Translations under genes and position numbers: made by a program
Notes under the pieces: generated by a model
What the model was told of the DNA's origin: nothing
The model's input: only the letters and a program-made list of their open reading frames with translations
Database searches by the model: none
Shown here: positions 38,037 to 48,420 of the stretch, piece by piece
Layout of the letters: every line of letters starts with the position of its first letter
Numbering within the stretch: position 1 is the stretch's first letter
Origin: Terriglobia bacterium
GTDB taxonomy: Bacteria; Acidobacteriota; Terriglobia; Acidiferrales; UBA7541
Assembly (NCBI GenBank): GCA_963695545.1
Contig: OY968796.1
Location: 96,001-160,000, forward strand
DNA length: 64,000 nt
Direction of reading: 5' to 3'

Positions 38037-40706
38037 ATGAATTGGTTTACAAACTTGTTCTCGCGTCGCCGCCGCTACGATGACATCTCCGAAGAAATTC
38101 GCGAGCATCTCGACGAAAAAGTCGACGAGCTCGTCGCCGCCGGAATACCCCGTCCCGACGCCATCGCCGCCGCGCGCCGCCAGTTCGGCAATGTCGCTCT
38201 GATCGAAGAACGTACCCGCGAAGTCTGGCAATGGTCCTGGCTTGAAGATCTATTCGCCGACATCCGTTACGCTCTGCGCACGCTCCGCAAAAGCCCCGGC
38301 TTCACGGCCGTCGCCATCCCCACCCTCGCCCTCGGCATTGGCGCGAACACCGCCATCTTCAGCGTGGTCGATGCCGTGCTTTTCCGCGCGCTTCCTTATC
38401 GCGACCCGGGCCGCCTAGTCTGGGCGACGAACTTTTTCCCAGAGCAAGGTCAGGATTTCGTTTTTCAGAATATATATGCGGGTTGGCGCGATCAAAGCCA
38501 TGTGTTCAAGAGCATCGCAGCGTACTCGCCCTCGGCCGAATATACGCTTACTGGCGCGGGGTTCCCTGAACGCATGCGGGGCGCCCAAGTCACCTCAAGT
38601 TTCCTCGACGTCTTGGGCGTCACGCCGCAGCTTGGGCGCAACTTTATCCCGGAGGAAGGCCGCCCTGGCGGACCAAAGGTCGTGCTCTTGAGCGACGCAG
38701 TATGGAGGTCGATCTTTGGCTCCGATCCGAAAGTGGTCGGACGAGGCATCGCGCTTGACGGCACTCCCTATACGGTTGTTGGAGTGCTCCCGCGCGATTT
38801 CGAATTTCTCGACAATAGCTCGGTCGACCTGCTGGTTCCCATGCAGTTTGCGGACACTGCTATAGAGGAAGTGAACGGACGTGCGGTGTTCAGACTTGAG
38901 ACGATGCAGGTGGTGGCGCGGCTGCGGCCGCGCGTGAGTGTAAGCGCCGCAGTGTCCGAACTGGATCCGATCAACGAGCGCGTCGTGAGAGACCTTCCTA
39001 GCCACGGTATATGGCTGCTCAATGACGCGCAAGCCCAAGTGATTTCGCTCCACGATCGAGAGATCGGCAACGTGCGTCCGGCGCTGCTCGTGTTGTTGGG
39101 AGCGGTCGGGCTCGTGCTGCTGATTACCTGCGCGAACGTGGCCAACATGCAGCTTGCCCGAGCGGTCTCGCGTGATAAGGAGGTCGCCATTCGAGGTGCG
39201 CTTGGCGCAGGACGTTGGCGGCTGGCTCGGCTTCTGCTGACGGAGAGTTCTGCGGTAGCGCTGGCCGGCGGCGCAGCTGGACTGCTCCTGTCAGACTGGA
39301 CGATCCGGCTGATTCAGCGCTTTGGGCCCGCGAACATTCCGCACTTGCAAAGCGCGCGAATCGATGAGCGCGTGCTGATGTTTACGCTCGGGTTGTCGTT
39401 GCTCACGGGCATCTTGTTTGGATTCGCGCCGGTAGTGGCCGCGTTTCACGTCTCATTGAACGACACACTGAAGGACGGCGCTTCGCACAGCGGAGCGAGC
39501 AAGGCCACGCGGCGCGCACAACAGATGCTGATTGTGACGGAGATCGCGCTTTCCTTCGTCCTGTTCACTGGCGCCGGTCTGCTGGTGAAGAGCTTCCGTC
39601 GACTCACGGCGATCCATCTAGGATTCGATCCGCATGGAGTGCTGACGGCGCGCGTGGCGCTGCCGCGGGATCAATATCAATCCGAAGACCAGCAGCGGGC
39701 TTTTTTCCAGCAGCTTGTCGCGAAGCTCCAGGCTCTTCCCGGAGTTGATTCAGCGGGAGCAACGGCTTGGGTTCCGCTCCGCGGAATCACAATGTTCTCA
39801 TTGATAGGGATCGAGGGGCAGCCGCCGCCGGACTTTTCCATGTCCGACGTTCCGAACGCGAGCGCTAATTCCGTGACGCCGGGGTATTTCGCGGCTCTGC
39901 GCATTCCCTTGATTGAGGGCCGTCTTCTCGATGAGCGCGACGGCGCAAGCGCACCGAATCCAGTGCTCGTAAACCAGGTCTTTGTGCACCGGTACTTCCC
40001 GAACGGCAATGACCCGATCGGCCAGAAATTCAACGGCGACGTGGGCGCAGGAACCGACGGGCTGCAGACCGCCACCATTGTCGGAGTGATTGGCGACACC
40101 AACGAAGAAAGCCTGGTGCGCGAGACCATCCCGGAAATAACGGTGTCGGCGTTGGAGTATCCGCGATTCGCGATGACGCTTGTGCTACGCACATCGGCGG
40201 ACCCTCTAAGCCTTGTCTCGGCCGTTCGCTTGCAAGTAAGCGAACTCGATAAGAACCTGCCCATCTACGACGTGCAGACGATGGATAACGTGGTCTCCGC
40301 CGAAATCGCTTCGCAGAGATTCAATGCGGGTGCCGTGGCGGGTTTCGCAGGGCTTGCGGCGCTGCTGGCGGCGGTCGGAATCTATGGTGTGACGGCTTAC
40401 GCGGTCAGTCAACGGACGCACGAAATGGGCGTGCGCATCGCTCTCGGTGCCGGACCCCAGCAAGTGCGCCGCATGGTTGTGTTCCAGGGCATGACGCTCG
40501 CATTCGTCGGCGTGGCTTCGGGCGTCGGCTCCGCGCTCGCGCTCACGCGCCTGATGCGCAGCCTGCTCTTCGAGGTAAAACCATGGGATCCCATGACCAT
40601 GGTCCTCGTCGCCGTCCTGCTAGGCGCCGTCTCACTCGTCGCGACCTATCTCCCCGCCCGCCGCGCCAGCCGTGTCGACCCCATGGTCGCTCTTCGCTAC
40701 GAATAG
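38037..40706 (+). CDS. ADOP family duplicated ABC permease 2
   Basis: Same motifs as permease 1; ends near-identical to it, middle divergent. Confidence 0.92.
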   Translation: MNWFTNLFSRRRRYDDISEEIREHLDEKVDELVAAGIPRPDAIAAARRQFGNVALIEERTREVWQWSWLEDLFADIRYALRTLRKSPGFTAVAIPTLALGIGANTAIFSVVDAVLFRALPYRDPGRLVWATNFFPEQGQDFVFQNIYAGWRDQSHVFKSIAAYSPSAEYTLTGAGFPERMRGAQVTSSFLDVLGVTPQLGRNFIPEEGRPGGPKVVLLSDAVWRSIFGSDPKVVGRGIALDGTPYTVVGVLPRDFEFLDNSSVDLLVPMQFADTAIEEVNGRAVFRLETMQVVARLRPRVSVSAAVSELDPINERVVRDLPSHGIWLLNDAQAQVISLHDREIGNVRPALLVLLGAVGLVLLITCANVANMQLARAVSRDKEVAIRGALGAGRWRLARLLLTESSAVALAGGAAGLLLSDWTIRLIQRFGPANIPHLQSARIDERVLMFTLGLSLLTGILFGFAPVVAAFHVSLNDTLKDGASHSGASKATRRAQQMLIVTEIALSFVLFTGAGLLVKSFRRLTAIHLGFDPHGVLTARVALPRDQYQSEDQQRAFFQQLVAKLQALPGVDSAGATAWVPLRGITMFSLIGIEGQPPPDFSMSDVPNASANSVTPGYFAALRIPLIEGRLLDERDGASAPNPVLVNQVFVHRYFPNGNDPIGQKFNGDVGAGTDGLQTATIVGVIGDTNEESLVRETIPEITVSALEYPRFAMTLVLRTSADPLSLVSAVRLQVSELDKNLPIYDVQTMDNVVSAEIASQRFNAGAVAGFAGLAALLAAVGIYGVTAYAVSQRTHEMGVRIALGAGPQQVRRMVVFQGMTLAFVGVASGVGSALALTRLMRSLLFEVKPWDPMTMVLVAVLLGAVSLVATYLPARRASRVDPMVALRYE

Positions 40707-40828
40707 CGCAGAGCAACCACCGCAACTCCCGGCAAGCCCGGCGGCGGCGCAGCTCGGCCGACGCCCCAAGTCCTCACGACGGGCCACCAATTCGAACGCA
40801 CCCCAGGAAGAGGAAATCCTGTGGATTC

Positions 40829-41089
40829 CTATTCGAATAGCTATATAATTATATTGACGCATACGCTATCGACATGCTATGGTTCGGTATGAATCGCGAA
40901 CGCAAACCATCGCTAAAAAGCCCCGAGAATCGCCATTTTCAGCACCTTTTCACCCGCAACACTTCTAGAATCAACACTTCTGAAAAACGCCATTTTAAAC
41001 CTTTTGGAATCACCACTTCTGGCGCAAAGGACTTAAAGTCGATTAGAATCAGCACTTCCAAAAAAGCACCCGGGGGGGAGGGGGTACCC
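40829..41089 (+). repeat. Dispersed intergenic promoter/palindrome element, copy 2 (variant with 39-bp repeats)
   Basis: CTATTCGAATAG 40829-40840, TTGACG 40854-59, ATG 40889, GAATCAnCACTTC at 40968/41007/41046, A-run/G-run end. Confidence 0.75.
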
Positions 41090-41264
41090 AGGCCTCCACG
41101 CATCGTCTTTTTCGATCCTTTCGCGGAACGTCTCGCCCCGCGCGACCGTCGGCATCGGCCCGCCCTCAACTATGGGCAAACGTTTACTCACATCTTCGTG
41201 CTAGAATCGCCCCGTTCGCGCCCCGTTCGCGCAGACGCCCCTACTTCCGAGGAGGAAGCCCGCC

Positions 41265-43397
41265 ATGCCAAAAGACATCACTCGCCGTCAATTCGTCGCA
41301 ACCGCGCTTTCCAGCGCCGCGATTTCATCCTTGGCTCTCGCCAAAGGAACTTCCGCGGATGCCGCTAATGCCGGCTCTGCTGCCGCCGCGTCACGGCCGC
41401 GCCAGGATGCCGCCGCTCCCGGCACAGACCAATATTCCTCCTGGCACGATCAGGGCGTTCTGAATCTCGCCCACTCGCCCTACGCCAAGCTGCATAGCGT
41501 CCCCGTCCGCGCTGTCACCATCGAAACTGGTTTCTGGGCCGCGCGCCGCGACGCCACCTTCTCGCAAAGCATTCCCACCATGCACGATCTCCTCGAATCC
41601 CATGGCCGCATGGATAATTTCCGCCGCCTGGTCGGCAAAAGCGACGCGCCGCAAATCGGGCCGGTCTATTCCGATTCCGACGTCTACAAATGGACCGAAG
41701 CAGTGGCCTTCACTCTTCAGTCCGGAGATCGCCCCGAGCTGCACAAAACCGCCGCGGACATCATCGACCTGATTGTCGCGGTGCAAAAACCGAACGGTTA
41801 CATCAACACGTATTTCGTCGGCGACCGCGCCGCTCTGAGCATGACTCCCGATACACAGCAGTCCGGCCACGAGCTCTATTGCCTCGGACACATGTTGCAA
41901 GGTGCCATCGCTTACTACCGCGCCACAGGCGACCGCAAGTGGCTCGACGCCGGAACACGAATGGTGGATGACTTCCTGATGCCCAGTTACGGCCCCGCGC
42001 CGAAGTTGCCCATCATCGCCGGCCACCCCGAAATCGAAATGTCGCTCATCGAGCTCTATCGCATCACCGGCGACAAACGGCAACTCGATCTCGCCGGTTA
42101 CATCCTCAACGGCGACGACCGCATCAAGTTCCCACGCCAGGCCAACATTTATTTGTTCTGCGGCACGCCCTTCATCGAACGCACTCAAATCGAAGGTCAC
42201 GCCGTGCGCGCCATGTACGCGTGCTCGGGCGCCGCCGACTACTATCTAGAAACCGGCGACCCCGCTTATTGGAAGACGCTGAATGTTCTGTGGGAAAGCA
42301 TGGCGGGTTCAAAAATGTACGTCACCGGCGGCCTCGGCGCGCGCGCGCAGGGAGAATCCTTTGGCGCCGCCTACGACCTGCCGAATGCCAGCGCCTACGC
42401 CGAAACCTGCGCCGCGATCGGCAACATGATGTGGAATTGGCGTCTGCTCGCCGCCACCGGCGACGCAAAATTCACCGACGTCCTCGAACGCGCGCTCTAC
42501 AACGGCGTCAATTCCGGAATGTCGCTCAGCGGCACGCTCTATTGCTACACCAATCCGCTGGCCTTCGATCCTTCCGCCGGCATCACCATTCGCAACCCCT
42601 GGTACAACACGGATTGCTGTCCGCCGAATTTCGAGCGCACGATGGCTTCCCTTCCCGGCTATTTCTACAGCACCGCGAGCGACGGCCTCTACGTTCATCT
42701 CTACGATAATTCCTCGCTCGATTGGCATCTCGAAGACGGCACGCCTCTCAAGGTCACGCAAAAAACAAATATGCCGTGGGATGGAGACGTCGAAATCACC
42801 GTGGCGCCCGCCCAGCCAACTGACTTCACGTTTTATCTGCGCATTCCCGGCTGGGCCGGCGACACCACACGCGTCGCCGTCAACGGCAAGCTTGTCTCGG
42901 GAGCAATGCCCGGCACGTATCTCCCGATCCATCGCCACTGGTCTTCAGGCGATGTAATTCAAGTGCGTTTCCCCATGACGCCACAGCCGCTTTCAGCCAA
43001 TCCCCACGTTGCCGACGACACCGGCCGCGTCGCCATCCAGCGCGGTCCCTTGGTCTATTGCCTCGAGCAGCTCGATCAGCCCGCCGAGGTGGATCTCACC
43101 GACAATTCACTCGCGGTCCGCATGAGGCCCGGCGCCGAATTCACTAGCGAAGTCAGAGAAGATTTCCTGGGCGGGATTGTCGTTCTGCATCGAGACGGCG
43201 TAGTCGCGGAATCGCACTCGCCGCAAGGCTCGCCAAATTCCAAAGCCGCACCTGCGCCACTCTACGGTCCATATCAAGATCAGGAAGCCAACGCGCGGTA
43301 TAGCCACACCGTACAGCTAACGTTCATTCCCTACTACGTGTGGGCCAACCGCGAGCCCAGCCAAATGCAGGTCTGGACTCCGGTCTCAAAGGTATAA
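41265..43397 (+). CDS. GH127 beta-L-arabinofuranosidase-like, Tat-exported
   Basis: TRRQFV twin-arginine signal; DSDVYKW, HELYC, GHPEIE, GHAVRAMY, YAETCAA, CCPPN. Confidence 0.92.
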   Translation: MPKDITRRQFVATALSSAAISSLALAKGTSADAANAGSAAAASRPRQDAAAPGTDQYSSWHDQGVLNLAHSPYAKLHSVPVRAVTIETGFWAARRDATFSQSIPTMHDLLESHGRMDNFRRLVGKSDAPQIGPVYSDSDVYKWTEAVAFTLQSGDRPELHKTAADIIDLIVAVQKPNGYINTYFVGDRAALSMTPDTQQSGHELYCLGHMLQGAIAYYRATGDRKWLDAGTRMVDDFLMPSYGPAPKLPIIAGHPEIEMSLIELYRITGDKRQLDLAGYILNGDDRIKFPRQANIYLFCGTPFIERTQIEGHAVRAMYACSGAADYYLETGDPAYWKTLNVLWESMAGSKMYVTGGLGARAQGESFGAAYDLPNASAYAETCAAIGNMMWNWRLLAATGDAKFTDVLERALYNGVNSGMSLSGTLYCYTNPLAFDPSAGITIRNPWYNTDCCPPNFERTMASLPGYFYSTASDGLYVHLYDNSSLDWHLEDGTPLKVTQKTNMPWDGDVEITVAPAQPTDFTFYLRIPGWAGDTTRVAVNGKLVSGAMPGTYLPIHRHWSSGDVIQVRFPMTPQPLSANPHVADDTGRVAIQRGPLVYCLEQLDQPAEVDLTDNSLAVRMRPGAEFTSEVREDFLGGIVVLHRDGVVAESHSPQGSPNSKAAPAPLYGPYQDQEANARYSHTVQLTFIPYYVWANREPSQMQVWTPVSKV

Positions 43398-43473
43398 GTC
43401 GCGCGAAGGTAGACAAACGAAGGTACAGAGAGGATCGTTCGCGACCAACGCGCTGGGGCGTACGGTTTTTCCC

Positions 43474-43505
43474 GTGTGCCCCACGCGTCGGTTTTACGCG
43501 CGGGG
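43474..43505. repeat. REP-like palindrome
   Basis: GTGCCCCACGCGT-CGGTTTT-ACGCGCGGGG between convergent genes. Confidence 0.5.
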
Positions 43506-43543
43506 ATTTTCGGTCCCGTTCCCTGCGCCGATGCTGCACTACC

Positions 43544-44098
43544 TCAGCGAAGCGCCGGCGCCGCTTCCGATGGTTTGCCCGCAGCCACAGTCCGCGGCTT
43601 GTTCCACGGCATTTTCCCCAGCAGCGTTGCCATCATGCAGATGTTGCTGATCCCCGCGAAGGTCAAACCCGCGCCGACAAAAATCGTCCCCGCGAAAAAC
43701 CATCGCGACACCGTCAATCCCAAAATCGCCGTAATCACAACCAAGCTCCCTGCAATCGTGCGCACCTGCCGTTCGAGCGACCACACCTTCGTCTCCAGCC
43801 GATCCAGCGGCAATCCCGAAGCGCGCCACGCGTCGATTCCGCCCGCGAGATTCGCCACGTTCGCAAACCCCGCTGCCGACATCTGTCGCGCAGCCGTCAT
43901 GCTCCGCTGGCCGACCTTGCACACGAAGATGTACTCCGCATTGCGATCCCAATTCTCCGCCGCCCGCTTCAGCGTCGATAGCGGCACCAACCGCGATTTC
44001 GATATGGCTCCCGCCGCAAACTCCGGATATTCGCGCACGTCGATCACCACGGCGTCCCGCAATTCCGCAACCCGCTCAGGTGTCAATTCCTGGATCAT
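43544..44098 (-). CDS. Rhodanese + DUF2892 membrane protein (YgaP-like)
   Basis: IDVREYPEF, active loop CKVGQRS, LAGGIDAW, SLERQVR, MPWN; GGAGG SD before MIQEL. Confidence 0.88.
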   Translation of the reverse strand: MIQELTPERVAELRDAVVIDVREYPEFAAGAISKSRLVPLSTLKRAAENWDRNAEYIFVCKVGQRSMTAARQMSAAGFANVANLAGGIDAWRASGLPLDRLETKVWSLERQVRTIAGSLVVITAILGLTVSRWFFAGTIFVGAGLTFAGISNICMMATLLGKMPWNKPRTVAAGKPSEAAPALR

Positions 44099-44159
44099 CG
44101 CGGCCTCCGATTCCACAACGCGCGCCATGGCGCGCCGCAACTCGAATTATCCTACCATC

Positions 44160-47100
44160 TCAATCGCCCGTCGCAGAAGCCTGCGGCAGATCCCGCTCGA
44201 GCCAATAGCTTGCCAACACCGGAATCAGCAAGAGTATCGCGAATGGCGCCGTGATCATGCCTCCCACAACGACTCGCGCCAGCGGCTGCTGGGCCTGCAC
44301 GCCGATCCCGCTCGAAATCGCCGCCGGCAGCAATCCGAATCCCGCCGCTGCGCAGGCCATGGCCACCGGCCGCATCTCGGCCAGCGCGCCTTGCTCGATC
44401 GCCGCGTGCATCGAAGCCGCGCCCTTCTCCTTGCGCCGGATGCCCGAGACGAACACCACGCCACCCAGCGTGCACACCCCGATGATTGACGCAAATCCCA
44501 CCGCCGCGGAAATACTGAACGGCGTCCCCGTCACCACCAGCGAAAGCAAACCGCCGCACGCCGCGAACGGCAGCATCACCAGCACCAGCAGCGCGTGCCG
44601 CAACGAATTGAACGCCGTGAACAACAACCCGAAAATCACGAGCAACGTAAGCGGAAGCACAATCGCGAGGCGCCGCTGCTCCTTCCGCAAGCTGTCGTAC
44701 TCGCCCGCCCATTCGTAGTGGTAGCCCTCGGGCAAATGAATCTGCTGCCTAAGTCGCCTCTGCATTTCTTCGATCGTGCTCGAAAGGTCTCGGCCGCGCA
44801 CGCTGAACTTCACTGGAATGTAACGCCGTCCATTTTCGCGATAGATCATGAACGCGCCTTCGTGCAGCGAGACGTCGGCGACTTGTCCCAATGGAACGCT
44901 GCTCCCACTCGGTGTGGGAAGAAGGATGTTGCGAATCTCCTCGGGCGTCGTGCGAAATCCGGGCTGATAACGGATCACGAAGTCGAACCGGCGGTCGCCT
45001 TCCAGAATTTGCGTCGCGGCGATGCCTCCGATGGCGGCCTGCACCGCGCTGTCAACGTCCGATGCCATCAGTCCGTAGCGCGCGCTCGCCGCGCGATCGA
45101 TCGAGATGAGCAGTTCGGGCTGTCCGGTCTCTTGGAACACGGCCAGGTCGGCGACGCCAGGTACGGTGGCCATCACGTCGCGAATCTCTCCGGCTTTTTC
45201 CACGAGCACGTCGATGTCATCGCCGAAAAGTTTCAGCGAATTCTCGCCCTTCACGCCCGACATGGCTTCTTCGACGTTGTCTTCGATGTTCTGCGAAAAA
45301 TTGAAGTCCACGCCCGGAAATTTTTCAAGCTCGCTGTCCATTTGGTTCACAAGCTTGTCCTTGGCCAGACCCGACGGCCAATCGCCCGGACTCTTGAGCG
45401 CAACCATGAACTCGATGTTGTTGAACGTGGTGACGTCCGTCCCATCGTCCGGCCGGCCCATCTGCGAAACGACTTCGGTGACTTCCGGATATTTCAGCAG
45501 GATCTCGCGGATGTCGTGCGCCATGCGCGCCCCGTCTTCGTACGAAGCATCCTGCGGCAGCGTCGCGCGTACCCACAAATTCCCTTCCTCGAGCTTGGGC
45601 ATGAATTCCCCGCCGACTCCGGTGCCCAACACCAGCGTGAACGCAAGCGCCGCGCCGGCAACGGCCAGCGTCGTTTTGCGGTGCGTGAGCACCCACCCGA
45701 GCATGCGCTCGTATCCGCGATACAACCAGGAGACCACGTGTGTCGGGGCGTTGCGAATTCGCTCCCGCCGAATCCACGAAGCCAGCACCGGCGCGAAGAT
45801 CACCGCAAAAATCAACGCGCCCACGAGCGCGAAACCGTAGGTTTCCGACATCGGCGCAAAAATTTGTCCCGGCACGCCCTGCATCGTAAATAACGGAATC
45901 AGCGCGACGATGATCACCAACACCGAAAACAGCACTGGCCGCACCGCTTCGGCGGTGGCGTCCGCAACCACTTCTCGCGTCGACGCATTCGGCGGCGATT
46001 GTTGCAGGCGCCGATACACGTTCTCAAGCACGATCACCGAAGCGTCCACCAGAATGCCGAAGTCGATCGCGCCAATCGAAATCAGATTCGCCGAGCCGCC
46101 GGTCAAAACCATCAGCGCAAATGCAAACAGGAGAGAGCACGGAATGGTCAGCGCAGCCATCAGAGAAACCGGCACGTCGCCCAAAAACACAATGAGCACG
46201 GCCGTCACCAGGATCAATCCCTCGATCACGATGTCGCGCACGGTCGCCGTCGTCACGTGAATCAAATTGGTGCGATCGTACAGCGTGATCAATTTCATCC
46301 CGCGCGGAAGCAATCCGCCGTTCAGCTCCGCCACTTTCTGCTCGAGCGCGCGCAACGCGGGCAAGGATTGCTCGCCGCGCTGCAACAGCACGATCCCCTG
46401 TACGGCGTCGTCGTCGTGATCCACACCCACTTGGCCGAGTCTGGGTTCCGAGCCCTCGTGCACGTCGGCGACATCGCGCAAGAAAACGGGAACGCCGTTG
46501 CGCTCAGTGATCAGGACGTCCTGCATCTCGGGAATGGTTTGCAGCAGGCCGAGACCCCGCACGTTCACGCTCTGGCTGCCCATGGTGAGATAGCTGCCGC
46601 CCGCGTTGGCGTTGCTGGCGCTCACGGCGGCGACAACTTGCGGCAACGTCACGTTGTACTGCAAGAGTTTGCGCGGATCGACTTCGGCGGAGTATTCGCG
46701 CGTGGTGCCGCCGAACGACGCGACGTCAATAATTCCGGACACTTCTTTGATTTCGCGCGTAACGAACCAGTCTTGCGTGGCCTTCAGTTCGTTGAGCGAA
46801 TATTCGGGGCCATACAAACGATAGCGGTAGATTTCGCCGACCGGCGATTCCGGCGAAAGTTGCGGCGAGACGTTGCCGGGCAGCGTGGCCAGTTGCAGGC
46901 GATTCAGAACCTCCTGGCGGTCCCATTTGTAGTCGCTGTCGTAATCGAAGTAGAGCTTGACGTCGCTCAAACCAAAAATCGAAATGGAGCGCACATACGT
47001 AAGCTTGGGAATTCCGAACAGAACCGTCTCGATCGGCACGGTCACTTGCCGCTCCATTTCCTCCGCGGACCACGAAGGATTCTGGGTGATTACTTCGACC

Positions 47101-47234
47101 AGAGGAGGCGAAGGGTCGGGATAAGCTTCGATATCGAGGCGCAGGAAAAAATAAATTCCCGCCGCGATCCACGCGAAAAGCGCCACGATCACGAGCGGGC
47201 GATAGCGCAACAGAGCGGCGATGAAATTGCGCAT
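44160..47234 (-). CDS. CusA/CzcA family heavy-metal RND permease
   Basis: IEAYPD, SIFGLS, ANLISIGAIDFGILVD, GGEFMPKLEEG, QQPLARVVVGG. Confidence 0.93.
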   Translation of the reverse strand: MRNFIAALLRYRPLVIVALFAWIAAGIYFFLRLDIEAYPDPSPPLVEVITQNPSWSAEEMERQVTVPIETVLFGIPKLTYVRSISIFGLSDVKLYFDYDSDYKWDRQEVLNRLQLATLPGNVSPQLSPESPVGEIYRYRLYGPEYSLNELKATQDWFVTREIKEVSGIIDVASFGGTTREYSAEVDPRKLLQYNVTLPQVVAAVSASNANAGGSYLTMGSQSVNVRGLGLLQTIPEMQDVLITERNGVPVFLRDVADVHEGSEPRLGQVGVDHDDDAVQGIVLLQRGEQSLPALRALEQKVAELNGGLLPRGMKLITLYDRTNLIHVTTATVRDIVIEGLILVTAVLIVFLGDVPVSLMAALTIPCSLLFAFALMVLTGGSANLISIGAIDFGILVDASVIVLENVYRRLQQSPPNASTREVVADATAEAVRPVLFSVLVIIVALIPLFTMQGVPGQIFAPMSETYGFALVGALIFAVIFAPVLASWIRRERIRNAPTHVVSWLYRGYERMLGWVLTHRKTTLAVAGAALAFTLVLGTGVGGEFMPKLEEGNLWVRATLPQDASYEDGARMAHDIREILLKYPEVTEVVSQMGRPDDGTDVTTFNNIEFMVALKSPGDWPSGLAKDKLVNQMDSELEKFPGVDFNFSQNIEDNVEEAMSGVKGENSLKLFGDDIDVLVEKAGEIRDVMATVPGVADLAVFQETGQPELLISIDRAASARYGLMASDVDSAVQAAIGGIAATQILEGDRRFDFVIRYQPGFRTTPEEIRNILLPTPSGSSVPLGQVADVSLHEGAFMIYRENGRRYIPVKFSVRGRDLSSTIEEMQRRLRQQIHLPEGYHYEWAGEYDSLRKEQRRLAIVLPLTLLVIFGLLFTAFNSLRHALLVLVMLPFAACGGLLSLVVTGTPFSISAAVGFASIIGVCTLGGVVFVSGIRRKEKGAASMHAAIEQGALAEMRPVAMACAAAGFGLLPAAISSGIGVQAQQPLARVVVGGMITAPFAILLLIPVLASYWLERDLPQASATGD

Positions 47235-47240
47235 CGGGAT

Positions 47241-48377
47241 TTATTCCTGCGGCGCCGCGCGCAGCAGCAGCGCGCCTTCGGAAACCACCGTATCGCCGGG
47301 ATTGATTCCGGAAACGATTTCAAGCGAGCCATCGACCGCGCGTCCGAGCTTCACGTCGCGGCGCGCGTAGCGATTATTTCCGACGCCCACAAACACGTAA
47401 GCGCCGCTGCCTTCACGGATCACGGCGGCGGACGGTAGCAGGATTCCCGGTGAAGCAGAACGCAACAACCGGATCGTGCCGAACAGCGAGGGCTTCAACT
47501 CGCCTCTCGGATTTTCGAGCACCACGCGGACTTGCAACGCGCGCGTGACGGCGTCGACTGCGTCGGAGACGCCGCTGACGCGCCCATTCCACACCTCGCC
47601 CGGATACGCGTCCAGCGTCACCTGCGCTTGCTGGCCCGCCTTCGCCGCGGCCAGATCTTTCTCGTAGATATCGCCGACAGCCCAAACGGTCGAAATATCC
47701 GCGATCGTGCAAAGTGGCGCGGGCGCCGCCAGAGCGTTGGAATATTCGCCGGGCGCGGCGCCGACATCCAAAATTACGCCGCCGCGTGGCGCGACGACAT
47801 TCAGTCGATTGCTCGCGTGATCCGGATCCATTCCGAGTTCGCGAATCTGATCGCGCGTAGCCACAAGTTCCGCAGCGGCCATCTGCGCGTCGCCTTGCGC
47901 TTGCTGTAAATCTTTTTCGGCAATGGCCTGATGATCGTAAAGATCGCGCGCGCGCACGAGTTCATCCTGTTTCACCTGATTGTCAGCTTGCGCCTTGTGA
48001 TAGTCCGCGACGGCGCGCGCAAGGTCGCCGCTCTCGATCACCGCGAGCGTTTGTCCCTTTTCCACGCGATCCCAGGGACGAACTTTCATTTCAATGATCC
48101 GGCCGGTGGCGGGCGGATAGACGTGAACCACGAGCGTTGGATCCGGATCGATGTGCGCGGGCAATTCGAGATATTCGGGAATCGGAGATTCCGCCACTTT
48201 CACGGTCTGAATGCCGCGCGCATCGGGGGCAACGTACTCGCCGGCGCTTCCAGCGGAATCCGCCGCGCTTGCATCGGCCTGAGACTGCACACCCGCGCCG
48301 GCGGAGCCGCCGCAGCCAACGGCGAGAAAAGCGGCGATCAATCCCACACATCCGAGGAACCACGCCCGTGCTTTCAT
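47241..48377 (-). CDS. CzcB-like RND periplasmic adaptor (lipoprotein)
   Basis: LAVGC lipobox, IADISTVWAVGDIYE, GDTVVSEGALLL. Confidence 0.9.
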   Translation of the reverse strand: MKARAWFLGCVGLIAAFLAVGCGGSAGAGVQSQADASAADSAGSAGEYVAPDARGIQTVKVAESPIPEYLELPAHIDPDPTLVVHVYPPATGRIIEMKVRPWDRVEKGQTLAVIESGDLARAVADYHKAQADNQVKQDELVRARDLYDHQAIAEKDLQQAQGDAQMAAAELVATRDQIRELGMDPDHASNRLNVVAPRGGVILDVGAAPGEYSNALAAPAPLCTIADISTVWAVGDIYEKDLAAAKAGQQAQVTLDAYPGEVWNGRVSGVSDAVDAVTRALQVRVVLENPRGELKPSLFGTIRLLRSASPGILLPSAAVIREGSGAYVFVGVGNNRYARRDVKLGRAVDGSLEIVSGINPGDTVVSEGALLLRAAPQE

Positions 48378-48420
48378 GAAAGAAACTCCGTTGCGGCAAG
48401 CCGCGTGAATAATATTGACG

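Noticed and set aside
35329..40706. Diversity-generating retroelement template/variable repeat pair in the ADOP ends
   Set aside because: No reverse transcriptase in the window, and the differences are not adenine-specific.
40960..41060. Possible CRISPR array
   Set aside because: Only three 13-bp units and no cas genes; reported as a repeat element instead.
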